DNA of 39,817 nucleotides from Arcobacteraceae bacterium (GTDB lineage: Bacteria > Campylobacterota > Campylobacteria > Campylobacterales > Arcobacteraceae): positions 1 through 39,817 of the forward strand of contig JBLWVX010000023.1 in NCBI GenBank assembly GCA_048268245.1. Direction: 5' to 3'. Of the stretch, positions 17,623 through 26,692 are shown piece after piece. The stretch's first letter is position 1. Every line of letters begins with the position of its first letter. Below the pieces are notes generated by a model. The model was not told the DNA's origin. It worked only from the letters and a program-made list of their open reading frames with translations, and did not search any database. The translations under genes and the position numbers were made by a program.

Positions 17623-19854
17623 TTATACTAAAATTTCTCTATTTCCTTTAGTATTTGCTTCAGAAAGTACTCCTGTTTGCTCTAATTGCTCTACAATTGT
17701 AGCTGCTCTGTTATATCCAATTCTAAGTTTTCTTTGAATATATGAAATTGATGTTTTTTTATCAGTTAAAACAACTTGTTTTGCATCTTCATACAATTCA
17801 TCTAAATCTCCAAGTTCTGCATCAGAAGAAGTTGCACCTAAACTTGATGAATTAGAATTCTTAATAAAGTTCATATCATACTCTACTTCTCTTTGAGCTT
17901 TTAAGAATTCAACTACCTCTTCAATCTCTTCTTCTTTTGACCATGGAGCATGAATTCTTACAAGTCCAGATGTTCCAGGAGGTGTAAATAACATATCCCC
18001 TCTTCCAAGAAGTGATTCAGCACCCATTGAATCAAGAATAATTTTTGAATCTACTTTTTGACCTACTTTATAAGATAGTCTACTTGGTAAATTAGCTTTA
18101 ATTAATCCTGTAACAACATCAACAGATGGTCTTTGCGTAGCAACTATTAAGTGAATACCTGCAGCTCTTGCCATTTGTGCTAGTCTTGCAATAGAATATT
18201 CCACATCTTTACCACTTGTCATCATAAGGTCTGCTAACTCATCAATAACTACAACAATATATGGCATTTTATCATGACCATGTTTAGCTGCTTTTTCATT
18301 AAAATTTTCAATATTTTTAGTTTTTGTTTGAGACATTAAAGTATATCTTCTTTCCATCTCACTTACCATATTTGATAAAGCATTGATTGCATCACCTGCT
18401 TTTGTAATAACTGGAGTTAATAAGTGTGGAATGTCATTATACATAGAAAATTCTAACATCTTGGGATCAATCATCACAAGTTTTAAAGTATCAGGTGAAT
18501 TCTTATAAAGAAGAGATAAAATCATTGAATTAATACCAACAGATTTACCAGAACCAGTTGTTCCTGCAATAAGTAAGTGAGGAAGTTTCTTTAAATCTGT
18601 AACAAACGGCTTTCCAACTATATCTTTTCCTAAAATCATTGTTAAAGGTGATTTTGCATTTTGGAAAAGCTCACTATCCAACATCTCTCTTAAATAAATA
18701 ATTTGACTATCTTCATTTGGAACTTCAATTCCAACAACATCTTTTCCTGGAATTGGAGCTTGAATTCTGATAGTTTGAGCTTTAAGTGCCATTGCTAAAT
18801 CATCTTGAAGATTTAATATTTTTGAAACTTTAACATTTGGTGCTGGCTTAAACTCAAAAGTAGTTACAACAGGTCCTGTATAAGTTCTTACAACATCACC
18901 TTCAATTTTAAACATTGAAAGTTTATCTAATAAATCACAAATCTTTTGATCAATCACACTTTCAGATACTTTTGATTTATTATCTTTTGGTGCTTTTTGA
19001 AAAAACTTAGTTAGAGGAAGTTTAAAATCTTTTGGTTTTTCTGTTTGACCTAACTCAATATCATCTAATAATTTTTTATTCTCTTCTAACTCATCAACAA
19101 TTACACCATGTTGTTCATTTGATGTTTGAACTTCAGAAATCTCTTCTTTTACTTGCTCTGTAATTGATATGTTATTTTGTGTTTCTAAACTTAGAGTTTC
19201 ATCTTTAACTTCTTCTATTACTTCATACATATCAGGTTTTACTGCAAATTCATTTGTTTGATTTTGTTGTACGTCTTTTTCTAATGTAATTTCTGCAACA
19301 TTACCTGTTTCTTTAACTGTTACTTTTTGTTCTTTTCTTTTTGTTCTTCTGTTGTTTTCTATTTTTTTAGCATTATTAGTTGATTCTTTTAATTTAAGTC
19401 TATTTTTTAAATTCTTAACTTTACTAAAATCAACTTCACTATTTTCAAATGCAACCATAAAAGATATAACATAGCCAACAATAACAAAAATCAAAAGACC
19501 TGCCCTTCCAATAAATGGACTTAAAGTATCAATTAAAATATTCCCTATTTTTCCACTGTATTCACCTTCAACTAATAAAGCTTGAAGAGTTAATGAAACA
19601 AATAAAATAAGTAGTACAACAGAAATATTTACAATAAAATCTTTAATATCAAAATCTCTTTTGAAATTCACTACATATAAAGTATAAATAAATAAAAATA
19701 AATATATATATGCTAAGAAACCAAAATAATCTAATGAGTAAGTAGCAAATGTAGAGCCAAATTGCCCTACTATTTCTTTACTACTAAAAAATGTAGCATA
19801 TTCAAAATATACTAAGATAAATAATACAATTAGTGAAATAATTTTTTTAGCTAT
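17623..19854 (-). CDS. ftsK: DNA translocase FtsK (probable ATA start, 743 aa)
   Basis: IAGTTGSGKS Walker A, IDELADLMM, ATQRPS, gamma domain IGYNRAA; frame stays open 61 codons upstream of the track's GTG (19671) and encodes hydrophobic helices; AAGGGA RBS 6 nt before ATA 19852-19854. Confidence 0.93.
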   Translation of the reverse strand: MAKKIISLIVLFILVYFEYATFFSSKEIVGQFGSTFATYSLDYFGFLAYIYLFLFIYTLYVVNFKRDFDIKDFIVNISVVLLILFVSLTLQALLVEGEYSGKIGNILIDTLSPFIGRAGLLIFVIVGYVISFMVAFENSEVDFSKVKNLKNRLKLKESTNNAKKIENNRRTKRKEQKVTVKETGNVAEITLEKDVQQNQTNEFAVKPDMYEVIEEVKDETLSLETQNNISITEQVKEEISEVQTSNEQHGVIVDELEENKKLLDDIELGQTEKPKDFKLPLTKFFQKAPKDNKSKVSESVIDQKICDLLDKLSMFKIEGDVVRTYTGPVVTTFEFKPAPNVKVSKILNLQDDLAMALKAQTIRIQAPIPGKDVVGIEVPNEDSQIIYLREMLDSELFQNAKSPLTMILGKDIVGKPFVTDLKKLPHLLIAGTTGSGKSVGINSMILSLLYKNSPDTLKLVMIDPKMLEFSMYNDIPHLLTPVITKAGDAINALSNMVSEMERRYTLMSQTKTKNIENFNEKAAKHGHDKMPYIVVVIDELADLMMTSGKDVEYSIARLAQMARAAGIHLIVATQRPSVDVVTGLIKANLPSRLSYKVGQKVDSKIILDSMGAESLLGRGDMLFTPPGTSGLVRIHAPWSKEEEIEEVVEFLKAQREVEYDMNFIKNSNSSSLGATSSDAELGDLDELYEDAKQVVLTDKKTSISYIQRKLRIGYNRAATIVEQLEQTGVLSEANTKGNREILV

Positions 19855-19864
19855 TTTATATCCC

Positions 19865-20812
19865 TTATTTTAATAATTTTGCAATTTTTCCCTGTAATCT
19901 CAACCATTGTTTATGGTCCATTAAAGGGAAACCTGCCCAAGATTTTTTAGGTTCAGTTATTGATTTAGTTACTCCACCTCGTGCAGCAATTGTTGTAAAT
20001 GGTGCAATTTCTAAGTGACCTGCTGTTGCACTTTGACCACCCATAATTACATATTGACCAAGAGTAGTTGAGCCAGAAAGTCCAACTTGTCCTGTTAGAA
20101 TACATCCTGTATTTAAAACACAGTTATGTCCTATATGAACTAAATTGTCAATTCTTACACCACTTTGAATAATAGTTGATTTAAATACAGCCCTATCAAT
20201 AGTACAATTTGCACCAATTTCTACATCATTTCCGATTTCTACGTTTCCATTTTGATAGATTTTAATGTATTTTCCATCTTTAGTATTTGCAAAACCAAAA
20301 CCATCACTTCCAATAACAGTTCCAGCATGAATAATACAATCACTTCCAATATTACAATCTCTATAAATAGTAGTATTAGGATATAAAATTGTGTTATCTC
20401 CAATAGTTACATTATCACCTATATAAGCTCCTGCCATAATAGTACAGTCTTTACCAACTGATGAGCCTTTTCCAATGTAAACATTTGGCATAACTTTTGT
20501 ACCATCACCAATAGATGGTTTTGCACCCTCAACTTCTATTACATTTGGTGCAAAAAGTTTACTAGTTTTTGCTAAAAATAAGTAAGGCTCATCACAAACT
20601 AAAGCTATAGTACCATTTGGAACACTTGAAGCATGTTCTTGTTTTACTAAAACTGCTGCTGCTTTTGTATTTTGTAAGTCTTTGATATATTTTTTGTTTT
20701 CTAAAAAAGTTAGTTCATTTTCATTTGAGTCTTTAAGAGTATTTAATCCAGATATTTCAATCTTACTATCACACTCTAACTCTAAAGTTTTTGCTATTTC
20801 TTGTAGTGTCAT
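19865..20812 (-). CDS. lpxD: UDP-3-O-acyl-glucosamine N-acyltransferase
   Basis: Hexapeptide repeats, GSDGFGFA, IGANCTIDR, IDNLVHIGHN. Confidence 0.96.
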   Translation of the reverse strand: MTLQEIAKTLELECDSKIEISGLNTLKDSNENELTFLENKKYIKDLQNTKAAAVLVKQEHASSVPNGTIALVCDEPYLFLAKTSKLFAPNVIEVEGAKPSIGDGTKVMPNVYIGKGSSVGKDCTIMAGAYIGDNVTIGDNTILYPNTTIYRDCNIGSDCIIHAGTVIGSDGFGFANTKDGKYIKIYQNGNVEIGNDVEIGANCTIDRAVFKSTIIQSGVRIDNLVHIGHNCVLNTGCILTGQVGLSGSTTLGQYVIMGGQSATAGHLEIAPFTTIAARGGVTKSITEPKKSWAGFPLMDHKQWLRLQGKIAKLLK

Positions 20813-20837
20813 AAGTATCCTTATAGAGTTATATGGT

Positions 20838-20870
20838 AAAAAAAGATAAGAGAGGAGTTCTCTTATCTTT
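20838..20870 (-). terminator. Terminator overlapping the ilvH stop codon
   Basis: AAAGATAAGAGA-GGAGT-TCTCTTATCTTT hairpin with a T-run on the minus strand. Confidence 0.7.
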
Positions 20871-21360
20871 CCATTGCAACAATACCACTTCTTACTACTT
20901 CAAGTGGATTGAATTTTTGCATAATTTTAATAAAGTTCATGATTCTAGAACTAGAATCTGTTGCTGATACGATAATAGCTTCATCCGTAACATTTTGAAT
21001 AGAACCATGATAAGCTCTAGCAATTACATCAATATCAGATAAATTATTGTCAATTGAAAATTTTATAATTACTGTATCTTTTTCAATCACATTTTTATGT
21101 TCATTTACTTTTAATACAGGAATTAATTTATTTAATTGCTTCACAATTTGATCAATAATTCTTTTATCTCCAGTTGTAACAATTGTCATTCTTGAATACT
21201 CACTTCCTTCAATTGGAGCTACTGTTAAAGAGTCAATATTATAACCTCTAGCTGAGAATAATCCAACTATTCTTGATAAAACACTGTTTTCGTTCATCAC
21301 AATAACAGAAATAACCTGTCTTGTAGTTTCAGTGTCGTAATAGTGATTAAAATTATTCAT
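20863..21360 (-). CDS. ilvH: Acetolactate synthase small (regulatory) subunit
   Basis: ACT domain VLSRIVGLFSARGYNIDSLTVA; KQLNKLIPV; EVVRSG. Confidence 0.95.
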   Translation of the reverse strand: MNNFNHYYDTETTRQVISVIVMNENSVLSRIVGLFSARGYNIDSLTVAPIEGSEYSRMTIVTTGDKRIIDQIVKQLNKLIPVLKVNEHKNVIEKDTVIIKFSIDNNLSDIDVIARAYHGSIQNVTDEAIIVSATDSSSRIMNFIKIMQKFNPLEVVRSGIVAMER

Positions 21361-23057
21361 TACTTAGCTCCTTCAATTAAAGTCATTTCGTTTAAGGCAT
21401 GACCGTTTGGTACCATTGGAAGTACATCTTCATCTCTTGCTACTACAACATCTATCATTGCAGGTTTTTTCTTCTCAATTGCATCTTTAAGTGCAGCATC
21501 AAACTCTTCTTTTGTTGTAACTCTATATCCAACTCCACCAAAGGCTTCTACAAGTTTAACAAAGTCAGGTTGCATAGATAAATCTGTTTCAGATAATCTA
21601 TTTTCATAGAACATAGTTTGCCACTGTCTTACCATTCCAAGATAATTATTATTTAAAATAATATTAATTACTGGTAAATCACTCTCTACACATGTCATTA
21701 ATTCTTGAATATTCATAAGAATTGAACCATCACCTGTGAAGTTAACAGATACTTTATCTGTGTTTTTAAAGGCTCTTGCTACACCCATTGCAGCTGGTAA
21801 TCCAAATCCCATAGTTCCTAAACCACCAGAAGTAATCCATTGTCTTGGATATGCAAAAGGATAGAACTGAGCTGTCCACATTTGGTGTTGTCCAACATCA
21901 GTAGAAACGATAGCTCTTTCACCTAATAATTGTCCAACTCTTTCAATTGGCCATTGAGGTTTAATAACTTCATTTGAATCATTATATCTTAATGGCTCTT
22001 TTTCTCTATATTCACTTAATAGTTCAACCCAGTTAGAATAATCATTAAATTCTGCTTCTTTAGAAGCTTCAATCATTGCTTCAACTGTAAGTTTTAAGTC
22101 CCCAACAATTGGATAATCAGGTGTAACTAATTTTCCAATACTTGTAGGGTCAATATCAACATGAATAACCTTTGCTTTTGAAGCAAATTCATCAAGTCTT
22201 CCAGTTACCCTATCATCAAATCTTGCACCAAGAGAGATTAATAAATCTGTCTCATATGCAGCCATATTTGCTGCAAATTCACCATGCATACCTAACATAC
22301 CGAAGAATAATGGGTTATCATGTCCCATTACACCTCTTGCCATTAATGTCTCAACAGCAGGTATATTTGCTTTTTTGGCGAATTCTCTAATCTCATATCC
22401 ACAATTTGAAAGAATAGCTCCTCCACCAATGTATAATAAAGGTTTCTTAGCTTTAGATATAGCACTCATTGCCTTTTTTAATTGCCTTTTGTTGTAATTT
22501 ACAGTTGGCTTATAAGTTGGTAAATGAAGCTTTGCTGGATAATTAAAATTAGAAATTTCTGCTGTGATATCTTTTGGGATATCTACGTGAACTGGACCTG
22601 GTCTTCCAGTACTTGCAATATGGAATGCTTCATTAATAATTCTTGGTAAATCATCAATATCATTTACTAAATAATTATGCTTAGTACATGGTCTTGATAT
22701 ACCAACAGCGTCTATTTCTTGAAAGCCATCAGTTCCAATAATCGTAGTTGGAACTTGCCCTGAAATAACAACCAAAGGAATAGAATCCATGTAAGCATCA
22801 GCTAAACCAGTTACTGCATTTGTAAAACCAGGACCTGATGTTACAATAGCAACACCAACTTTACCAGTTGATCTTGCATAACCTTGTGCAGCTATAATTG
22901 ATGCTTGTTCATGTCTATTTAATATATGTTCAAAGTAATTTTGCTTGTATATTTCATCGTAGACGTTCATAATAGCGCCTCCAGGGTATCCAAATACTAC
23001 TTCAACCCCTTCTTGATGTAATGATTCTACAACCATTTTTGCGCCCGTCATTTTCAT
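21360..23057 (-). CDS. ilvI: Acetolactate synthase large subunit (biosynthetic type)
   Basis: FGYPGGA, TSGPG, RFDDRVTG, GDGS...NNNYLGMVRQWQ TPP motif. Confidence 0.95.
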   Translation of the reverse strand: MKMTGAKMVVESLHQEGVEVVFGYPGGAIMNVYDEIYKQNYFEHILNRHEQASIIAAQGYARSTGKVGVAIVTSGPGFTNAVTGLADAYMDSIPLVVISGQVPTTIIGTDGFQEIDAVGISRPCTKHNYLVNDIDDLPRIINEAFHIASTGRPGPVHVDIPKDITAEISNFNYPAKLHLPTYKPTVNYNKRQLKKAMSAISKAKKPLLYIGGGAILSNCGYEIREFAKKANIPAVETLMARGVMGHDNPLFFGMLGMHGEFAANMAAYETDLLISLGARFDDRVTGRLDEFASKAKVIHVDIDPTSIGKLVTPDYPIVGDLKLTVEAMIEASKEAEFNDYSNWVELLSEYREKEPLRYNDSNEVIKPQWPIERVGQLLGERAIVSTDVGQHQMWTAQFYPFAYPRQWITSGGLGTMGFGLPAAMGVARAFKNTDKVSVNFTGDGSILMNIQELMTCVESDLPVINIILNNNYLGMVRQWQTMFYENRLSETDLSMQPDFVKLVEAFGGVGYRVTTKEEFDAALKDAIEKKKPAMIDVVVARDEDVLPMVPNGHALNEMTLIEGAK

Positions 23058-23206
23058 ATCATTTCTCCGTTTTAAATTAAGCAGATATTATATAGAAAAT
23101 TATATTAATTAACCTTTATATAAAAAAACCTAAATGATTTGTTTTATAATTTTTTTAGCAAAGTTTAAATATAATTTAAGAATAAAATAAATAGTAAGGA
23201 GTAGTT

Positions 23207-24016
23207 ATGGAAGTAAATAATATTAATAATAATATTAGTAACCTAAATAATACCCCGTTATCACCTCAAATAGGTAGAACTGAACAAAGTAATAAAATAG
23301 AGAATGTAGAAAATGCCTCTCTTGTTTTATCAGTTAATCAGTATAACCAAAAAAGAGATGAGTTATCTTTAAATATACAAAGTATAAATGAAGGGCTTGC
23401 TATTACAAAAATCTCTGAAAATTCCTTAGAAAAACAACAAGAGTTTTTAACAAATATACAAGATAAACTTCAAAAAGTTGAAAATGGTGAATTTGAAGCA
23501 AGAGATAAAAATGATATTAAACAAGATATAAATGAAGATTTAAAAAACTTCAATCAATTAGCTTATGAAACAAAGTTTAATAAGCAAACTTTGTTAAGTA
23601 GAGAATCTACAGATGAAAATACAACTATTGAGATAAATACAAGTAATAACAATTTTTCAATCCAAAAACCAAATACACCTCAATTAGCAAATGATATTTT
23701 CGGTGAATTAAATGAAGCTAACTTAAACAATCTACCAGATTTACAAAGAGTTTCAAAACAAGTGGAAGAAGCATCTAGACAGCTTCAAGCAGTTACATCT
23801 GAGTTTACTGACTTTGGAAATAGATTAGAAAGTAGTGCAAAAGAAAATATAGTTGAACAACAAAATCTTTATAATCAAAATAAATCAAATCAATTAAGAG
23901 ATTTTGGCAAAGAATCAACAGATTTTAATAAAACAAATGTAAATGCAAATGCAGGATATTTAGCAGCCTCACAAGCAAATATAGTTCAAGAACAAAGTGT
24001 AAGACTATTATCTTAA
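23207..24016 (+). CDS. Short flagellin-like protein (FlaC-like)
   Basis: N-terminal helix INEGLAITKISENSL...ETKFNKQTLL; C-terminal DFGKESTDFNKTNV..AG..AASQANIVQEQSVRLLS resembles the flagellin C-terminus. Confidence 0.75.
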   Translation: MEVNNINNNISNLNNTPLSPQIGRTEQSNKIENVENASLVLSVNQYNQKRDELSLNIQSINEGLAITKISENSLEKQQEFLTNIQDKLQKVENGEFEARDKNDIKQDINEDLKNFNQLAYETKFNKQTLLSRESTDENTTIEINTSNNNFSIQKPNTPQLANDIFGELNEANLNNLPDLQRVSKQVEEASRQLQAVTSEFTDFGNRLESSAKENIVEQQNLYNQNKSNQLRDFGKESTDFNKTNVNANAGYLAASQANIVQEQSVRLLS

Positions 24017-24927
24017 GCCTTACACTTTAAACATGCATTTATAGCAACACCCTCTCTTAAACCATCATCTAGAACTATTGATTCACTTTTTCCTAAAACT
24101 TCATAAATTGCTTGATATATAAATATACCAACTTCAATAAACTCAACTCTTCCTCTACCAACAAGTTTTGTAATCTCTTCTTTAGAAGAATTAGAAAGTA
24201 AAGTCAAACAAGTTTGTAAATCATCTAAATTTACAATAGTACCATTTACAACATCTTTATCATAAGAGAAGAAGTCTTGTCCTAGCTTTACAGCAGCTAC
24301 AGTAGTTGGTGTTCCTGCAGTTGCAACAAATGTATACTCATCTAAATTTATTTCTAAAGAATCTAAATAATTACTAATCTCTTTTTTTCTTTTTTCTAAA
24401 TCATTGTTTAATGCATGATAGTGCAAATACTCTTGAGTCATAGTTACAATTCCAAAATCAAAGCTATTAGCTTCGTATGAATGATCATTGTTTACTATTA
24501 TTTCAGTTGATCCTCCACCAATATCTAATAAAATAAATTTTGATGAATTGATGTTTTCTCTTTTTAGTGCATATTTTACAGCAAGTAGTGTAAGTCTTGC
24601 TTCTTCTTTTCCATCAATAATATTAAAATCTACACCTGTTTCATCTTTAAAGTATTGTAATACTTCTTGATTGTTTTTTGCTTTTCTCATAGCAGCAGTT
24701 GTAACAGCAACTGCATTTTTTGTATCATATTTTACGATTTCTACAGATTTATTTATAGCTTCAATTACTCTTTGCATAGCATCTTTTGAGATTCTGTTAG
24801 TTTCAACTAAACCATCAGCCATGCCAACTACTTCATTATATTCTGCAAGAATCTTTTCATTTTTACAATCATACTTCAAAACTCTAAATGAGTTTGAACC
24901 TAGATCAATACTTACTACTTCATTCAT
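24013..24927 (-). CDS. ppx: Ppx/GppA family phosphatase (catalytic domain only)
   Basis: IDLGSNSFR, TAAMRKAKN, IDGKEEA, DIGGGSTE, GLREG. Confidence 0.9.
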   Translation of the reverse strand: MNEVVSIDLGSNSFRVLKYDCKNEKILAEYNEVVGMADGLVETNRISKDAMQRVIEAINKSVEIVKYDTKNAVAVTTAAMRKAKNNQEVLQYFKDETGVDFNIIDGKEEARLTLLAVKYALKRENINSSKFILLDIGGGSTEIIVNNDHSYEANSFDFGIVTMTQEYLHYHALNNDLEKRKKEISNYLDSLEINLDEYTFVATAGTPTTVAAVKLGQDFFSYDKDVVNGTIVNLDDLQTCLTLLSNSSKEEITKLVGRGRVEFIEVGIFIYQAIYEVLGKSESIVLDDGLREGVAINACLKCKA

Positions 24928-24939
24928 TTATTTTACTAC

Positions 24940-25497
24940 TTAAGGATGAGGGATTTTAACTTTTGAATTTAGTAAAAATCCAATTACAATCATAAATACT
25001 AACACTATAGTTTCATTTATAAATCCTGTTAAATAAACAAGATATGTAAGCCATAATAAAATTGCTCCAAGTGGCGTAGGAACTCCTGTGAAGTATTTTG
25101 AAACTTCACCTTCATTTGAGTTTATATTAAACTGTATTAATCTTCTAAGACCTGAAATTACATAATAAACAAATGCAAAAATCACTAAAACTGTATTTAG
25201 TTCTAACTCTTTAGTATCTATAACTGCAAAGTAAATATACATTGTTGGAACAATAACAAAAGATAAGAAGTCAGCATAAGAATCTAACTGAATACCAAAC
25301 TCTGTTGATAAGTTATACTTTCTTGCAATTTTTCCATCAATAATATCAAAACCTCCTGCAAGCCAAGCAAAAAGTGCTGCTGCAAAAAACTCTTGGTGAG
25401 TTAAAAAATAAATAGCAAATATCCCTGCTGTAATATTAAAAAATGTTACAATATTCGCTAAATTGAAATGATTGTTTTTATTAAACAAAAATGTCAT
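24940..25497 (-). CDS. CDP-alcohol phosphatidyltransferase (PssA-like)
   Basis: DIIDGKIARK...FGIQLDSYAD motif; FTGVPTP. Confidence 0.88.
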   Translation of the reverse strand: MTFLFNKNNHFNLANIVTFFNITAGIFAIYFLTHQEFFAAALFAWLAGGFDIIDGKIARKYNLSTEFGIQLDSYADFLSFVIVPTMYIYFAVIDTKELELNTVLVIFAFVYYVISGLRRLIQFNINSNEGEVSKYFTGVPTPLGAILLWLTYLVYLTGFINETIVLVFMIVIGFLLNSKVKIPHP

Positions 25498-26603
25498 TGT
25501 TTTCCTTTATAAATATGGTATTGATTTCTACCATTCTGTTTTGATTTGTATAAACATTCATCAGCTAATTTATATAGTTTATTAGCTGATATATAGCTAT
25601 TTGGTTCATAAACAATAGCACCAATAGATACAGATACAACATCAAGTATACTACTACCTTTGTGTTCTATATTTAAATCAACTATTCTTTTATTTATGTC
25701 TTGTAAACAGCTTTCTAAAGTAGTTTCATCTATATCAAATAAAACCACACCAAACTCTTCGCCACCTAATCTAAATACAAACTCATATTTTTGATTAAAA
25801 TAATCTTTTAAAGTAGTAGCTACTTTTTTTAATGTCTCATCACCTAAGTCATGTCCATAAGTATCATTGTATTGTTTAAAAAAGTCTATATCTAAAATGA
25901 TAAATGCACATTGCCAACTATTTGCATTTGCAATAAAAGGCATGTTATCAAAAATAGTATCAAAATATTTTCTATTATATAATTTTGTCATACCATCTGT
26001 AATAGAATCTATTTTATACTTTTTATTTAATATTCTTAATTGATTATCTTTTTTTACTACTTGTAAAATAATAAAACCAATTAGTCCAAATGATAAAATT
26101 ATAATTGATATTACACTATAAAGTAAATAGTTTTTCATACTTTGATAATCTTGCAAGAAAAGCTTTCTTTGCTTAAAAGCCATTTGAGTTTCATACTCTA
26201 TTAAATAATCAATTTTTTTTACAATATTTTTAAATATATGAAGTTTATTTAGTCTAAAAGTATCTTTTATGGATTTATCTACACTATTAACTACTTCTTT
26301 TTCTTTAGCATTTTTATATGAACCAAAATAATACTCCCACTCTTTTTCAATGATATTCTGTTCTTTTTTAAAATCACAAACGTATTTTAGTGTTCTACAA
26401 GATATAATTTTTCTATAATTATCTTGAATTTTTTCTAACTTTACAATGGGTATAAAGTTTCCAAAATAAATGTTATCAATCTGTTTTTTTAATTTGTCTA
26501 TGTGTGAATTAAATATTAGTGAAGCTGTAATTAAAGCAAACATTACAATAAAAACTAACATTATCAATTTAAAAGTAACTGATTTTAAAAAATTATATTT
26601 CAT
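25494..26603 (-). CDS. Membrane-bound diguanylate cyclase (2 TM, periplasmic helical sensor, GGEEF, no RxxD I-site)
   Basis: DIDFFKQYNDTYGH, FRLGGEEF; two hydrophobic segments. Confidence 0.9.
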   Translation of the reverse strand: MKYNFLKSVTFKLIMLVFIVMFALITASLIFNSHIDKLKKQIDNIYFGNFIPIVKLEKIQDNYRKIISCRTLKYVCDFKKEQNIIEKEWEYYFGSYKNAKEKEVVNSVDKSIKDTFRLNKLHIFKNIVKKIDYLIEYETQMAFKQRKLFLQDYQSMKNYLLYSVISIIILSFGLIGFIILQVVKKDNQLRILNKKYKIDSITDGMTKLYNRKYFDTIFDNMPFIANANSWQCAFIILDIDFFKQYNDTYGHDLGDETLKKVATTLKDYFNQKYEFVFRLGGEEFGVVLFDIDETTLESCLQDINKRIVDLNIEHKGSSILDVVSVSIGAIVYEPNSYISANKLYKLADECLYKSKQNGRNQYHIYKGKQ

Positions 26604-26692
26604 TGCATTATTTTATTGAAAAAATCATTTAACTAAGATTAAGTACATCTTAGATATCATCGCGAATTAATACAAACACAAAGGTTTCAAAT

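Noticed and set aside
23058..23100. Attenuator leader peptide for ilvIH
   Set aside because: A TATAAT at 23087-23092 (minus strand) leaves only a very short leader with no Ile/Leu/Val-rich ORF or terminator
23100..23206. Sigma28 or sigma54 promoter for the flagellin-like gene
   Set aside because: No convincing TAAA-N15-CCGAT or GG-N10-GC motif; only TATAAT boxes in AT-rich DNA
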